A stretch of 64,000 bases of DNA from Chloroflexota bacterium (GTDB lineage Bacteria > Chloroflexota > Limnocylindria > P2-11E), in the NCBI GenBank assembly GCA_005880575.1, contig VBIZ01000104.1:3735-67734 (forward strand), given 5' to 3'. Shown piece after piece: positions 11,818 through 21,034 of this stretch (the stretch's first letter is position 1; every line of letters starts with the position of its first letter). A program made the position numbers and the translations under genes. The notes beneath the pieces are model-generated. The model searched no databases, was not told the origin of the DNA, and saw nothing but the letters and a program-made list of their open reading frames with translations.

Positions 11818-12537
11818 TTAGGCCGACGCGCGATACGACTCGTCGAGAACCGCACGGTCCTTCGCCGGGCTCCAGAGCTCGTGTAGTCCCCTCGTAAAGC
11901 AGCAGCGCCGCGCGAGCGCCCGAAGCTCACTGCTCCCGCCAAGCATCTTCTCGACCTGGATCGTGGTTTCCGTCACGTGAACCGCGATCTGATGGAGACG
12001 CGTGCGAACGTCAATGAGCCGCTTGCCCCATTGCGACGGACGGACCAGAGCCGAGTCCGGCACGTTCGCCAGACGCGCGTCGGTGCTTGCGCGCGCTTTC
12101 CCGACGAGTTCCAGCAGTTCGATAACGCCGCTGGCGCGCGAAGCCTCGTACTCCGGTTCAGGCGGCGAAAGACGGTCGCAGGGAAGCAGCGCCGGCGGGA
12201 TCTCGATCGGCTCATTCTCCGCGCGCGTCGCCGAGTAATCGACCTGCGCGGCATAGCGGAGCTCGACCGAGATAGCGTGCCGCAATAGGTCGCGAAGTGT
12301 CCAATCTGCATCGCGGACGCTCTCCAAAAGGCGGTCATCACGCCCGACGAGCACACCAACAAGATCGCCGTACGCCGCCTGCGCGAAGTCGAGAATGCGT
12401 GACACCTCTGAACGCGACGGCTGAGCCGATGCCGCGATGGCTTGCTCGCGACGGAGCAGGCTGTAGAGAACCCCGCGACGCAAGCTGGTCGCATCGCTTA
12501 CTGCGGTGGCCGCGAGCTGACGGAGGGGCGGGGGCAC
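11818..12537 (-). CDS. DinB family protein
   Basis: WTLRDLLRH...E and RLHQIAVH DinB-like His motifs. Confidence 0.7.
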   Translation of the reverse strand: MPPPLRQLAATAVSDATSLRRGVLYSLLRREQAIAASAQPSRSEVSRILDFAQAAYGDLVGVLVGRDDRLLESVRDADWTLRDLLRHAISVELRYAAQVDYSATRAENEPIEIPPALLPCDRLSPPEPEYEASRASGVIELLELVGKARASTDARLANVPDSALVRPSQWGKRLIDVRTRLHQIAVHVTETTIQVEKMLGGSSELRALARRCCFTRGLHELWSPAKDRAVLDESYRASA

Positions 12538-12549
12538 GCAGTTCTCGGG

Positions 12550-13275
12550 TTAGGCGGCCGGGCCCGCCACGTTCACGACGAGGTCGCCGCTGCCTGACCG
12601 AAAGACGACGATCTCCGACTCTTCGAGCCCATCGTTCCCTTCGCGATGGATCTCGCCCGGCGGTATGTAGAGACAGTCCCCGTCGCGCGCATGGAACCTC
12701 GTCGTGCCTCCGGGGCCGCATTCGAGATGCACCTGTCCGCTCACGACATAGATCACGGATTCGTGCGTGCCGTGGTGATGCCAGCTGGATGAGCGGCCGG
12801 CCTCGGTGCGCACGACTCCGATCCACATGCCCTCGGTGTGGACGGCTTCTTCACGGATCATCCCCGCGGTCTGTCCCGTTTGCTGGTGACGGTCGGAGGG
12901 CCGGATCAACCTCGGCTCCTTCTTCTCCATCGACTTGCGGTACTCCTCCTCGGCCTCCCAGCGCTCGTGCTGGACGTGGAGCTGCGCGCCCCGCCGCATG
13001 ATCCACGTTCGGACCCGTTCGCGCGCGGCGGGGTCAGAGGGTAACGGGACGGTGTGGCGGTGGCGGTTGGCGCACTCGAGCGTGACCAACCCATCCTTTT
13101 CGCCCACGGGCATCATGGGCAGGCCGCAGCGCTCGCATTCGCGTGTGCCATCGGGTAGAAGCTCGCTCAAGTCCAGGCCGATCTCCTCGAGAACGATGCA
13201 TTCCGCTGGTCCGTCCCATACACTGATCGTGATCGTCGCGCCTCCTGGGCGCGGCGCCTTTTCGCCCCGGGCCAA
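12550..13275 (-). CDS. Zn-ribbon-like domain fused to a cupin domain; start uncertain
   Basis: CERCG...CANRH in the N-terminal half; WHHHGTHESVIYVVSG...YIPPGEIHRE cupin motifs. Confidence 0.7.
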   Translation of the reverse strand: MARGEKAPRPGGATITISVWDGPAECIVLEEIGLDLSELLPDGTRECERCGLPMMPVGEKDGLVTLECANRHRHTVPLPSDPAARERVRTWIMRRGAQLHVQHERWEAEEEYRKSMEKKEPRLIRPSDRHQQTGQTAGMIREEAVHTEGMWIGVVRTEAGRSSSWHHHGTHESVIYVVSGQVHLECGPGGTTRFHARDGDCLYIPPGEIHREGNDGLEESEIVVFRSGSGDLVVNVAGPAA

Positions 13276-13316
13276 AGGTCCGCGGCAAGCCCATGGAAAG
13301 GAAGAATTGTCACAGA

Positions 13317-13604
13317 ATGCGACCGTACGAGCTCATGTACCTCCTCCCTCCGACCATCGACGAAGAGCGTCTTGGCGCGGTGAGCGAGCGCATCCAGCAG
13401 ACCATCACGAATCTCGGCGGCAAGGTCGAGAAGGTCGTTCCCAACCAGAAGCGCCGACTCGCATACGAGGTCGCCCACCACCGTGACGGCCAGTACGGCG
13501 TCGTCGAGTTTTCACTGCCGACGACCCAGGCACGCGAGCTCGAGCGCACCATACGGCTCACGGAAGACATCCTCCGCCACCTCGTAGTAAGAAGGGACGA
13601 GTGA
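13317..13604 (+). CDS. rpsF: 30S ribosomal protein S6
   Basis: MRPYELMYLL, RRLAYEV, ILRHLVVR; precedes ssb-rpsR. Confidence 0.95.
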   Translation: MRPYELMYLLPPTIDEERLGAVSERIQQTITNLGGKVEKVVPNQKRRLAYEVAHHRDGQYGVVEFSLPTTQARELERTIRLTEDILRHLVVRRDE

Positions 13605-13608
13605 CATC

Positions 13609-14031
13609 GTGGCCTCAGTAAGCAAGATCGTCATCATCGGCAACGTCGGACGGGACCCGGAGCTCCGGATGACCCCGAATGGGCGGCCAGTCTGCGAGTT
13701 CAGCGTCGCCGTCAATCGCGTCACGGGCAAGGCTGAAGACCGTCAGGAGCAGACCGACTGGTACCGCATCAGCTGCTGGTCGACGCTCGCCGAGCGCGCG
13801 CAGCAGATGATCACCAAGGGGCGCCTCGTCTACGTCGAGGGCCGCTTCACCCCGCGGACGTACACCGACCGCGAAGGCAAGGAGCGCCTCAGCCTGGACA
13901 TCAGCGCGAGCGACTTCCAGATGCTCGACCCGCGGCGCGACCGCGAGGCCGGCATGGGCGGCGACAACGCCGCGCCCGCACGCGGACCGGAGGGCGAGAA
14001 GACCTTCGACCCCGACGAGATCCCTTTCTAG
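13609..14031 (+). CDS. ssb: Single-stranded DNA-binding protein
   Basis: IIGNVGRDPELR, KGRLVYVEGR, acidic DEIPF C-terminus. Confidence 0.96.
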   Translation: MASVSKIVIIGNVGRDPELRMTPNGRPVCEFSVAVNRVTGKAEDRQEQTDWYRISCWSTLAERAQQMITKGRLVYVEGRFTPRTYTDREGKERLSLDISASDFQMLDPRRDREAGMGGDNAAPARGPEGEKTFDPDEIPF

Positions 14032-14040
14032 GAGCGAACA

Positions 14041-14571
14041 ATGAGTCAAGAGATTTCAGACAGCGGACCGCGCTCGGGCCCCTCGCGGGGCCCGCGGCGC
14101 GACGGGCCATCAGGCGGTTCGGGCGGAGCCGGCGGTCGCTACGGCGGGCCTCCGGGTCTCCGGCGACCGCGTCGGAAGGTCTGCACGTTCTGCGTCGATA
14201 AGGTCCAGAAGATCGATTACAAGGACGTGGGTCGGATCCGTCGGTACATCAGCGACCGAGGCAAGATCGATCCGCGTCGCAAGAGCGGAACGTGCGCCAA
14301 GCACCAGCGGATGCTGACCACCGCCCTCAAGCGTGCTCGCCTGATGGCGATGCTGCCGTACACGGCCGACCACGTGCGCGGACTCATGTCACCGCAGGCG
14401 CGAGCGATGGCCGGCGGTCCGCCGCCGCCCAAACCGGAGCGTCCTCCGTACCGTCCCGCCGGCGAGTTCCGGCCGGCTGGCGCACCGTACCCGCGGCGCG
14501 ACGCCCCGCCGCCGGCACAGGCACCCGCGCCGTCACCCGCGCCTGTCCCGACGGAGCCGGCGAGCAGCTAG
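14041..14571 (+). CDS. rpsR: 30S ribosomal protein S18 (Zn-binding type) with low-complexity extensions
   Basis: [38 protein letters not shown]. Confidence 0.95.
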   Translation: MSQEISDSGPRSGPSRGPRRDGPSGGSGGAGGRYGGPPGLRRPRRKVCTFCVDKVQKIDYKDVGRIRRYISDRGKIDPRRKSGTCAKHQRMLTTALKRARLMAMLPYTADHVRGLMSPQARAMAGGPPPPKPERPPYRPAGEFRPAGAPYPRRDAPPPAQAPAPSPAPVPTEPASS

Positions 14572-15227
14572 AAGCGCGGGGCCGAGAAGCCCTTCGCTTG
14601 CACGTACGGGATGCCGAAGACCGCCAGCACCATGATCACGATCACGACGATCGCGATGAGGGTGCGGCCGCCCTGGCGCTGCCACGCGTGCCCGCTCGCC
14701 ACGCCTGCGACGAGGCCGCCGGTCACCAGGACCGCCGCGAGCGGATCACGCGGACCGGAGTACGAGAGCACGATGGCGATCCCGAGGCTCACCAGATAGA
14801 GCAGCCAGATCAGGATCCGCGACGTGCCAATGCGCGATCGTAGGATCCAATAGATCGGTGCCGCGACGACCGCGACGAAGCCTACGAACAGACTGCCCTG
14901 TCGGAGTCCTCCGATGAAGTCTTGGACCGAAAATCCCACGCCCGCCTCCGGGAAGAACCAGGCGTCAGCCGGTCCGATGAGGCTGATCCCGAGGAAGAGC
15001 GCCAACGTGTAGAGAGCGATCGGCACGATGCTGCGTCCGGCATACGCGTTCGCGATCGAGGACCAGCCCCAGAAGATCGCGAGCGGCACGAGGATCTCGG
15101 GAGCCGCGATCGCGCCGTTCCCGCTCAGGCTGATATGCAATGGCTCGCTCGATGGCCCGTAGTGCTCGAGCGCGACCGTGGCCGCGGCGATCAGGAGACC
15201 CCAGATGAGCCCTGTGACAAATCCCAT
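14568..15227 (-). CDS. Hypothetical multi-pass membrane protein
   Basis: About 7 hydrophobic segments; TAGGAT -10-like box 7 nt upstream of the ATG. Confidence 0.7.
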   Translation of the reverse strand: MGFVTGLIWGLLIAAATVALEHYGPSSEPLHISLSGNGAIAAPEILVPLAIFWGWSSIANAYAGRSIVPIALYTLALFLGISLIGPADAWFFPEAGVGFSVQDFIGGLRQGSLFVGFVAVVAAPIYWILRSRIGTSRILIWLLYLVSLGIAIVLSYSGPRDPLAAVLVTGGLVAGVASGHAWQRQGGRTLIAIVVIVIMVLAVFGIPYVQAKGFSAPRF

Positions 15228-15242
15228 CCGCGGAATCCTACG

Positions 15243-15285
15243 AAAAGCCGGAAGGCCGGTGAGCCAGGGTGGCCACCGGCCTTCT
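15243..15285 (-). terminator. Probable intrinsic terminator
   Basis: Inverted repeat GAAGGCCGGTG/CACCGGCCTTC with a T-run on the minus strand, downstream of 15312..15710. Confidence 0.55.
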
Positions 15286-15311
15286 GCCGAGCTGGGGTGA
15301 CGGGTCGTCGG

Positions 15312-15710
15312 CTATGGAACGATGCAGATGTCGCCCTCGCAGAAGAGACGCTCCGTGTCGGTGCTTGTGGTGTCGGTTTGCGCCGCGCCACCGCGCTCCC
15401 CTTGGCGGTAGACCAGCTGCGAGTCGGTGAAGGTGGTGCTCGTGTCCGCCGTCAGGCGTTCGCCCTGTCGGTGGGCCAGCTGCGAGTCCGTGATCGTGTA
15501 ATCGGTCGCGGCCGTTTCGGGGTAGAGCGCCTGGTCCAGCATCAGAAGGCGTCGTTCTGTCGCGGTGACCGAGGACTCGATCCGGCTGTCGCGGATCACC
15601 GCGGCACCCGAGGAGTCGTCGACGCGACGGGCTGCGAGCGAGCCGGCCGAAGCGCTGACAAGGACATACGCACCCAGACCGGTGACGAAAGCGAGAGCGA
15701 ACTTCTTCAT
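15312..15710 (-). CDS. Secreted hypothetical protein with 21-aa tandem repeat and C-terminal CxxxxC
   Basis: AAGGAGG RBS, signal peptide, two TDSQLxxRQGER repeats, CEGDIC tail. Confidence 0.7.
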   Translation of the reverse strand: MKKFALAFVTGLGAYVLVSASAGSLAARRVDDSSGAAVIRDSRIESSVTATERRLLMLDQALYPETAATDYTITDSQLAHRQGERLTADTSTTFTDSQLVYRQGERGGAAQTDTTSTDTERLFCEGDICIVP

Positions 15711-15836
15711 GTCTGACCCTCCTTAGTGGTTGAGGGCAACCTAGGGTCGGGCGAGGAGATGCACGACCATCCGTTTGATGACGCCGGCGTCGCCTTCTAT
15801 CCGCTGCGGACGTATCGCGCGCTACGCGAAGCCCCG

Positions 15837-16637
15837 CTACTGCGTCGGTGGAGCGGCGATGGCCGGGGAGACCGGCTCTCCCAGGTGAGTGAACTTGAGG
15901 TCGAACGACATCGCGAGAGTGCTCTTGCTCGAGGCCGGGGACGCGCCTGGAATGCCTAGATCGCCGGCCATGTCCATCGAGATCGTTACGAGCTGCCGCA
16001 CGATCTGGTTGTCCTCGGTGCGGATCCAGATCTCGCCCTTGGCCGTGGCGTTGGACACGTCCACCGACGCGGTCGTCGCCGTTTGCGCGGCCTTCATCTT
16101 TTCAGCCAGCTTCGCCTGGTCGATGCTGTACGACAGGTGGCGCGTCTTGCGGCCATCGACAACGGGGCGGTCCACCTCGGTGACTGTCGCGACCGCGGAG
16201 AGGTCGGTCTGGCCGAGAGGGTCGAGCATGGCCCCCTGCGGGTCGTTGGCGGCCGTGACGGTCCAGCCGCTGCCGATCAGGCCCTTGCTGAACGTCCGCC
16301 CCCCGATCGTGATCGTGTCGACCGAAAGAGACTGGCCGAGCACCGACATCTCGGTGGCGAGACGGGACTTGTCCGGCATTTCGACGTCGCCGCTCATCTT
16401 GAAGTCGAAGGAAAGGCTGAGCCCGCTCGTGAGTGCGAAGCTGCCGGTCCCATCGATGTGGGCGGTCTTCGCATCTTTCAGGTTGGTGCTCGCCTTCTGC
16501 AGAAGCTCGGTCGGTGACGGCTCCGCGAGCGTCGCGGCCTGACCGCATGCGATCGCGAGTGCCGCCAAGCATCCGAGGAGTCGGAGAGCCACGACCGGAC
16601 AATAGCCGTCAGGCTCAGGGCCGACCATCGAATGCAC
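15837..16637 (-). CDS. LppX/LprAFG-like lipoprotein (LolA fold); true start probably near 16593
   Basis: Lipobox LAIAC, T-A-H beta strands, W I..D...VRQ pattern. Confidence 0.7.
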   Translation of the reverse strand: MHSMVGPEPDGYCPVVALRLLGCLAALAIACGQAATLAEPSPTELLQKASTNLKDAKTAHIDGTGSFALTSGLSLSFDFKMSGDVEMPDKSRLATEMSVLGQSLSVDTITIGGRTFSKGLIGSGWTVTAANDPQGAMLDPLGQTDLSAVATVTEVDRPVVDGRKTRHLSYSIDQAKLAEKMKAAQTATTASVDVSNATAKGEIWIRTEDNQIVRQLVTISMDMAGDLGIPGASPASSKSTLAMSFDLKFTHLGEPVSPAIAAPPTQ

Positions 16638-16674
16638 CGCAGCTTCGTCTCAGCACGGTGGCGAAGACGGAGCA

Positions 16675-16710
16675 CAAAAGAAAGGGCCCGCCCAAGGGCG
16701 GGCCCTTTTC
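16675..16710 (-). terminator. Intrinsic terminator ending the oxidoreductase operon, possibly bidirectional
   Basis: Perfect hairpin AAAGGGCCCGCCC/GGGCGGGCCCTTT flanked by A/T runs. Confidence 0.85.
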
Positions 16711-16726
16711 ACCAGCGGAGGCTCTG

Positions 16727-17782
16727 TTACGCGGTCTTCTGCTCGTGCAGGGGTTTCTTGTCGATCTTGAGGATCGTCTGGTCCTTCGCCGGGACCGTGA
16801 ATGGGATCACGCCCGGGATGAGCCACTCGGTCCACATCTTGTCGACCTCGTGCTGGAAGTGCTCCACATCCTCGTCGGCGAAGTGCGCGAAGCGCCCCTG
16901 GCGCTTCAGGTACTCATAGACCGGCTTGCGCTTCTTGCGCCCCTCCGCGATCTGGCGGGTCGGGCCGGTGAGGTTGCACACGCCGTCCATGACCTCGTAG
17001 AGCGGCCAGATCCCGCACTCGACGGCGAGGTGACCGAGCTCCTGCGAGTACTGCGGGTGGTAGTCCCAACCCTTCGGGCACGGGTCGAGGGTGTGCACGA
17101 ACGTCGGCCCGCCGAGCTCGAGCGCCTTGCGGATCTTATTCATGAGATCCACGGCGTACGCGGCGCATCCCGCGGCGATGTACCGCGACTCGGGGTGGCC
17201 GGCGGCGAGCATACCCGGCACGTTCTTCTTCCAGCGGGTGTGCATGAGGCGCTTCTTCGAGCCCGAAGGCGAGAACGTCGTCACCGCGCCGTACGGCGTC
17301 TGGCTCGAGAGCTGGATGTCGGTGTTCGCGTACGACTCGTTGTCGTAGAGCAGGACGAGGCAGTTGTAGTCCTTGTGCGTGAGCGTCGCGGAGATCGCGC
17401 CGAGGCCCATGTCCGCGCCGCCGCCGTCGCCGCAGAAGGCGATGACGTTGATCTTCTCGTCCTTGATCTTGCCCTTGCGCATGAGCACCTTGAGGCCGGC
17501 CGCCGTGCCGAGCGCCGCGGAGCCCGACGCGCCGAGCTGGGTATGCATCCACGGCACGACCCAGGGCGTCGTGTAGTAGGTCGTGTTGGCGACATACATG
17601 CATCCGGTCGAGCCGAGCACGATCGTGCGCGGGCCCGACGCTTTCACCATGTGCCGCATGACGAGCGCGGACTCACACCCCTGACAGGTCCGGTGTCCGG
17701 ACACGAAGAGCTCGTCGTAGGGGACGTCCTTGACGCCCTTGATCTGCGGAAGGGTCCCGGTGCCGTGCGTTTCCACTGCCAT
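16727..17782 (-). CDS. 2-oxoacid:ferredoxin oxidoreductase beta (TPP-binding) subunit, oxalate oxidoreductase-like
   Basis: GHRTCQGC, TGCMYVANT, GDG...YDNESYANT, CPKGW. Confidence 0.9.
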   Translation of the reverse strand: MAVETHGTGTLPQIKGVKDVPYDELFVSGHRTCQGCESALVMRHMVKASGPRTIVLGSTGCMYVANTTYYTTPWVVPWMHTQLGASGSAALGTAAGLKVLMRKGKIKDEKINVIAFCGDGGGADMGLGAISATLTHKDYNCLVLLYDNESYANTDIQLSSQTPYGAVTTFSPSGSKKRLMHTRWKKNVPGMLAAGHPESRYIAAGCAAYAVDLMNKIRKALELGGPTFVHTLDPCPKGWDYHPQYSQELGHLAVECGIWPLYEVMDGVCNLTGPTRQIAEGRKKRKPVYEYLKRQGRFAHFADEDVEHFQHEVDKMWTEWLIPGVIPFTVPAKDQTILKIDKKPLHEQKTA

Positions 17783-17784
17783 CT

Positions 17785-19014
17785 CTAGCTCCTTACGCCG
17801 ATCCAGTGAGTCATGTCACCGGACTTGATGCTGCCGGCGGCCGCCTTCGTCTTTTCGAAGATGTCGGTCGCCATGGGCTGCTCGATCTCGCGGCCGCCGA
17901 GGCCCGCGATGAATCCGACGATCGTCGGACGCTTGTCGAGCGAGTAGAGCGCCGAGCGGACCTCGTTGTAGAGGACGCCCCCGTAGTACGGAGATCCGAA
18001 GCTGTAGTCGCGGTCGATCACGCCCACGGCCTTGAACCGTGAAAGGCTCTTCACGATCTCTTGCGTCGGGAACGGCCGGAACCACTTGAGCCGGACGAGG
18101 CCGACCTTGTGGCCTTCCTTGCGAAGACGGCGGATTGCGACCTTCATGGGAAGGGCGAGCGTGCCTTGCCCGAAGAAGACGAACTCGGCGTCGTCGGTCA
18201 TGTACTCGTCCAGGAACGGGTTGTCGCCGCCGCGGCCGAACAGCTTCTTGAAGTCCGCATGCGCCTCGGTGATGACGTCGTGCGCCTTCCGCATGGCCTG
18301 GTCGTTCTGCATGCGGATCTCCATGAGCCAGTCCTGGTCGACCTGCGGCGCGATGGTGATCGGGTTGTCGGGGTGCAGCAGGCGATCGCCGAGGTCGAAC
18401 TTCGGCAGGAACTTGTTGACGGCCGCCTGTGTCGGGACCATCACGATCTGCTGGGAGTGGGTGAGGAACGCGCCGTCCAGGCCGATCGCGACCGGGAGCG
18501 ACACGCGCTTGTCCTCGCCGACGCGCCACGCCATGAGCGCGAGGTCCATCGCCTCCTGCGCGGTCTCCGCCCACGGGAGGAGCCAGCCGAGATCGCGGAC
18601 CGCGAGCGAGTCGTTGTGCTCGGTGCCGAAGGCGCCCGGGTCGTCGAGCGCGCGGTTGCCGCAGATCGCCACGACCGGCAGGCGAAGCCCTGCGGTCACA
18701 GCGATCGCCTCGAAGGCGTAGAACCAGCCCACACCGGAGCTTCCAACGAACACGCGCGACCCGACCGCGCACGCGTGCTTCACGATCTCGAATTGGCTGT
18801 GCTCGCCGTCGGCGACGATGTACTCGACGTCCATCTTGCCGTTCGCGATGAGCTTCGCCGCCGCCTGCATCACGCCGTCATACGGCCGGATTGGATAGGC
18901 GGCCATGACGTCGACGTCCGCGAGGCGGATGGCCTCGGCGATCGCTTCGCAGCCGCTCATGAGCTGCTCGGTCTCGACGTCCTGGTGCTCGCGTTCCTTG
19001 ACCTGGATCGCCAT
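17785..19014 (-). CDS. 2-oxoacid:ferredoxin oxidoreductase alpha subunit, oxalate oxidoreductase-like
   Basis: RLADVDV..YPIRPY, GEHS, GSSGVG, NRALDDPGAFG.EH, FRPFP, GLGGRE. Confidence 0.9.
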   Translation of the reverse strand: MAIQVKEREHQDVETEQLMSGCEAIAEAIRLADVDVMAAYPIRPYDGVMQAAAKLIANGKMDVEYIVADGEHSQFEIVKHACAVGSRVFVGSSGVGWFYAFEAIAVTAGLRLPVVAICGNRALDDPGAFGTEHNDSLAVRDLGWLLPWAETAQEAMDLALMAWRVGEDKRVSLPVAIGLDGAFLTHSQQIVMVPTQAAVNKFLPKFDLGDRLLHPDNPITIAPQVDQDWLMEIRMQNDQAMRKAHDVITEAHADFKKLFGRGGDNPFLDEYMTDDAEFVFFGQGTLALPMKVAIRRLRKEGHKVGLVRLKWFRPFPTQEIVKSLSRFKAVGVIDRDYSFGSPYYGGVLYNEVRSALYSLDKRPTIVGFIAGLGGREIEQPMATDIFEKTKAAAGSIKSGDMTHWIGVRS

Positions 19015-20169
19015 TTAATCGTCACCTCCGGAGGCCGATGTCGGGTTCGCGGATGGATTCGCGTTGCCCGAGCCTTCCTGCCGAGCAGCGGGCGTACGAA
19101 CCTTCGGATCGGCCGAGACACCGCTCTTTGCCTCGAACCATTTGTTGTAGCCGTCGCGGTCCTTCTTCCAGAACTGCCACTTGTCTTCGTTGTCCTCGAA
19201 CCGCAGCTCGTCGACCATCACGATGCAGTCCTTAACCGGGCAGACCTGCGCGCAGATGCCGCAACCGATGCATGCCTGGTACACGACCTCGTAATGCCCC
19301 TCCGGCGTGACCTCGAAGCATTCGTCCGGGCAGTCGAGCCAGCACATCGTGCACTTGATGCACGTGTCGAAATTGACGACGGGCCGAAGGGTGCGCGCCG
19401 TGTACTTCTTGTACTGCGGATTCCGCTCGCCGGGCTTGCGCGCGTCGACAACGATGCCGGTGCGCATGGTGGTCCATCCCGGCTTGGTGAATTGCAGCTT
19501 CTCGTGGCCGCTCGTGCCCTCGCCCGCCTTCACCTGGCGCATCTTCGCGGCGTCATAGCCGTAGCGCGCGGATTGGACGGCGCTTTCATCCTTCGTCTGT
19601 TCTTTGATGAGCGCCATGACGTCATCGAGGCGGACCCAGTCTGGCGCGATCTTCGCGAGCGCGCCGAGGACGCGGTAGTCGGTGTGATCGTCTTTGAACA
19701 CCCACAGGCCGGCGAAGGAGGCACCGCCGGGGACTACAACCAGGCTGTACGGGCGCTCGGCCGTGTCGGTCTGCGCGAGGACGTCGTCGGGACTCTTGTC
19801 GCTCGTGACGAGCACGAAGCCGTCCTTCTTCACGGGCTTCCAGATCGGCTGACGCCCGTACCAGGCCCACGACTCCACGCCCTTCACCAGCGTGTCGTCG
19901 ACCGCGATCGACACGTCGACGACAGCGGGCTCGTACTTCGCCATCGAGGCCTCGAGCTCGAGGTCGTTGATGGCGACGACCGCGAATTGTTTGGCCGGCA
20001 CGCCGTTCCGTTCGGGCGAGTCGCCGTACCGCGCGAACGCCGTCCCGGTGTGCCCACGTTTGCGCGCCGCGAGCACGATCGAACGGCAGATCCGTTGAGC
20101 GAGCGTCTTCTGGAAGATTCCGCGGTAGACGACCTCGACGGTGATGGAGGTCTCCTTCGGATCGCTCAT
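19015..20169 (-). CDS. Fused gamma/delta subunit with 2[4Fe-4S] ferredoxin domain (OorD-like)
   Basis: YGDSPER domain III motif; CIKCTMCWLDCP and CIGCGICAQVCP. Confidence 0.88.
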   Translation of the reverse strand: MSDPKETSITVEVVYRGIFQKTLAQRICRSIVLAARKRGHTGTAFARYGDSPERNGVPAKQFAVVAINDLELEASMAKYEPAVVDVSIAVDDTLVKGVESWAWYGRQPIWKPVKKDGFVLVTSDKSPDDVLAQTDTAERPYSLVVVPGGASFAGLWVFKDDHTDYRVLGALAKIAPDWVRLDDVMALIKEQTKDESAVQSARYGYDAAKMRQVKAGEGTSGHEKLQFTKPGWTTMRTGIVVDARKPGERNPQYKKYTARTLRPVVNFDTCIKCTMCWLDCPDECFEVTPEGHYEVVYQACIGCGICAQVCPVKDCIVMVDELRFEDNEDKWQFWKKDRDGYNKWFEAKSGVSADPKVRTPAARQEGSGNANPSANPTSASGGDD

Positions 20170-20873
20170 GCCTTGCTCCCTCCGATCAGGCGAAGGATCC
20201 CTTCGCCGACCGCCTTGATGTGTTCCGCCGCCGCTCGCCGGGCTGCCTCACTGTCCCGGGCGCCGAGTGCGGCCAGGATCCGCCGGTGTGCGTCGATAGA
20301 GGAATGCGCGCGCTGGTTCGTCTGGAGCCACTGCTCGCGCGACTCTCGCATCACGTCCCAGATCACGCCGAGCATCGTCGTAAGCAGCTCGTTGCGCGAT
20401 GCTTCGCCGATGACCTCGTGGAAGCGCGTGTCCTCGTCGGCATAGGGCTCGCCGGCGGCGATCTTCCGCTCCTGCGCCGCGAAGATCTCCGCGAGCTCGG
20501 CGAGCTGCGGCTGAGTGATGCGCTCCGCGGCGAGCGCCGCGATCGCGGGCTCGACGAGGCCGCGGAACTCGATCACATCGGCGAGAGAGTGTCCGCGCGA
20601 CATGAGGCTCGTGAGCGGACGGGCGAGATCGTCCGGCGACGTTTGCCGTACAAACGTGCCGCCGCCGGCCCGTGTCTCCACGACCCCGAGGAGCTCGAGG
20701 GTGCGCAGAGCCTCGCGAACCGAGGCGCGCGACACCTGGAATTGCTCGGCGAGCTGTCGCTCGGGCGGAAGCTGATCGCCGGGGCGCAGGTCGCCCTTCT
20801 CGAGGAGGCCCTCGATCTGCTGGACGATGCCCTGATAGAGGCGGCTCCGGCGGATCGGCTCGATGACGGTCAG
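20166..20873 (-). CDS. FadR/GntR family transcriptional regulator
   Basis: Hand-extended N-terminus RLYQGIVQQIE...PGDQLPPERQLAEQFQVSRASVREAL plus FCD domain (D.RFH, N.LL, H..I); needs CTG start at 20873 behind GGAGG. Confidence 0.9.
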   Translation of the reverse strand: MTVIEPIRRSRLYQGIVQQIEGLLEKGDLRPGDQLPPERQLAEQFQVSRASVREALRTLELLGVVETRAGGGTFVRQTSPDDLARPLTSLMSRGHSLADVIEFRGLVEPAIAALAAERITQPQLAELAEIFAAQERKIAAGEPYADEDTRFHEVIGEASRNELLTTMLGVIWDVMRESREQWLQTNQRAHSSIDAHRRILAALGARDSEAARRAAAEHIKAVGEGILRLIGGSKA

Positions 20874-20890
20874 AAACCTACCTCCCAGAG

Positions 20891-20913
20891 TCTGGTCAGG
20901 TGGTCAGACCAGA
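20891..20913. promoter_or_regulatory. FadR-family operator
   Basis: Palindrome TGGTC-A-GACCA at 20901-20911 with an adjacent half-site TGGTCAG, just upstream of the regulator RBS. Confidence 0.7.
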
Positions 20914-21034
20914 TTGGCCGCCAGCCTAAACCGAAGCCGAAATCGTCGTCAAGCATCGGGTCGACCGAATTGCGAGGCCCGGCCGAGGCTCACATACTCC
21001 AGGCCGGTCCCGGGGGAGTCCGCATAGGTAGGGG

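Noticed and set aside
11808..13290. Possible genomic island integrated at the tRNA-Leu 3' end; the DinB gene looks slightly less GC-biased
   Set aside because: No integrase and no duplicated tRNA 3' end seen; housekeeping rpsF follows within 1.5 kb
15312..15710. RiPP precursor with repeated cores
   Set aside because: No modification enzyme or dedicated transporter nearby; kept only as a repeat protein
16727..20169. Annotation as ordinary pyruvate:ferredoxin oxidoreductase
   Set aside because: YPIRP instead of YPITP and no Gly-rich CoA-binding loop
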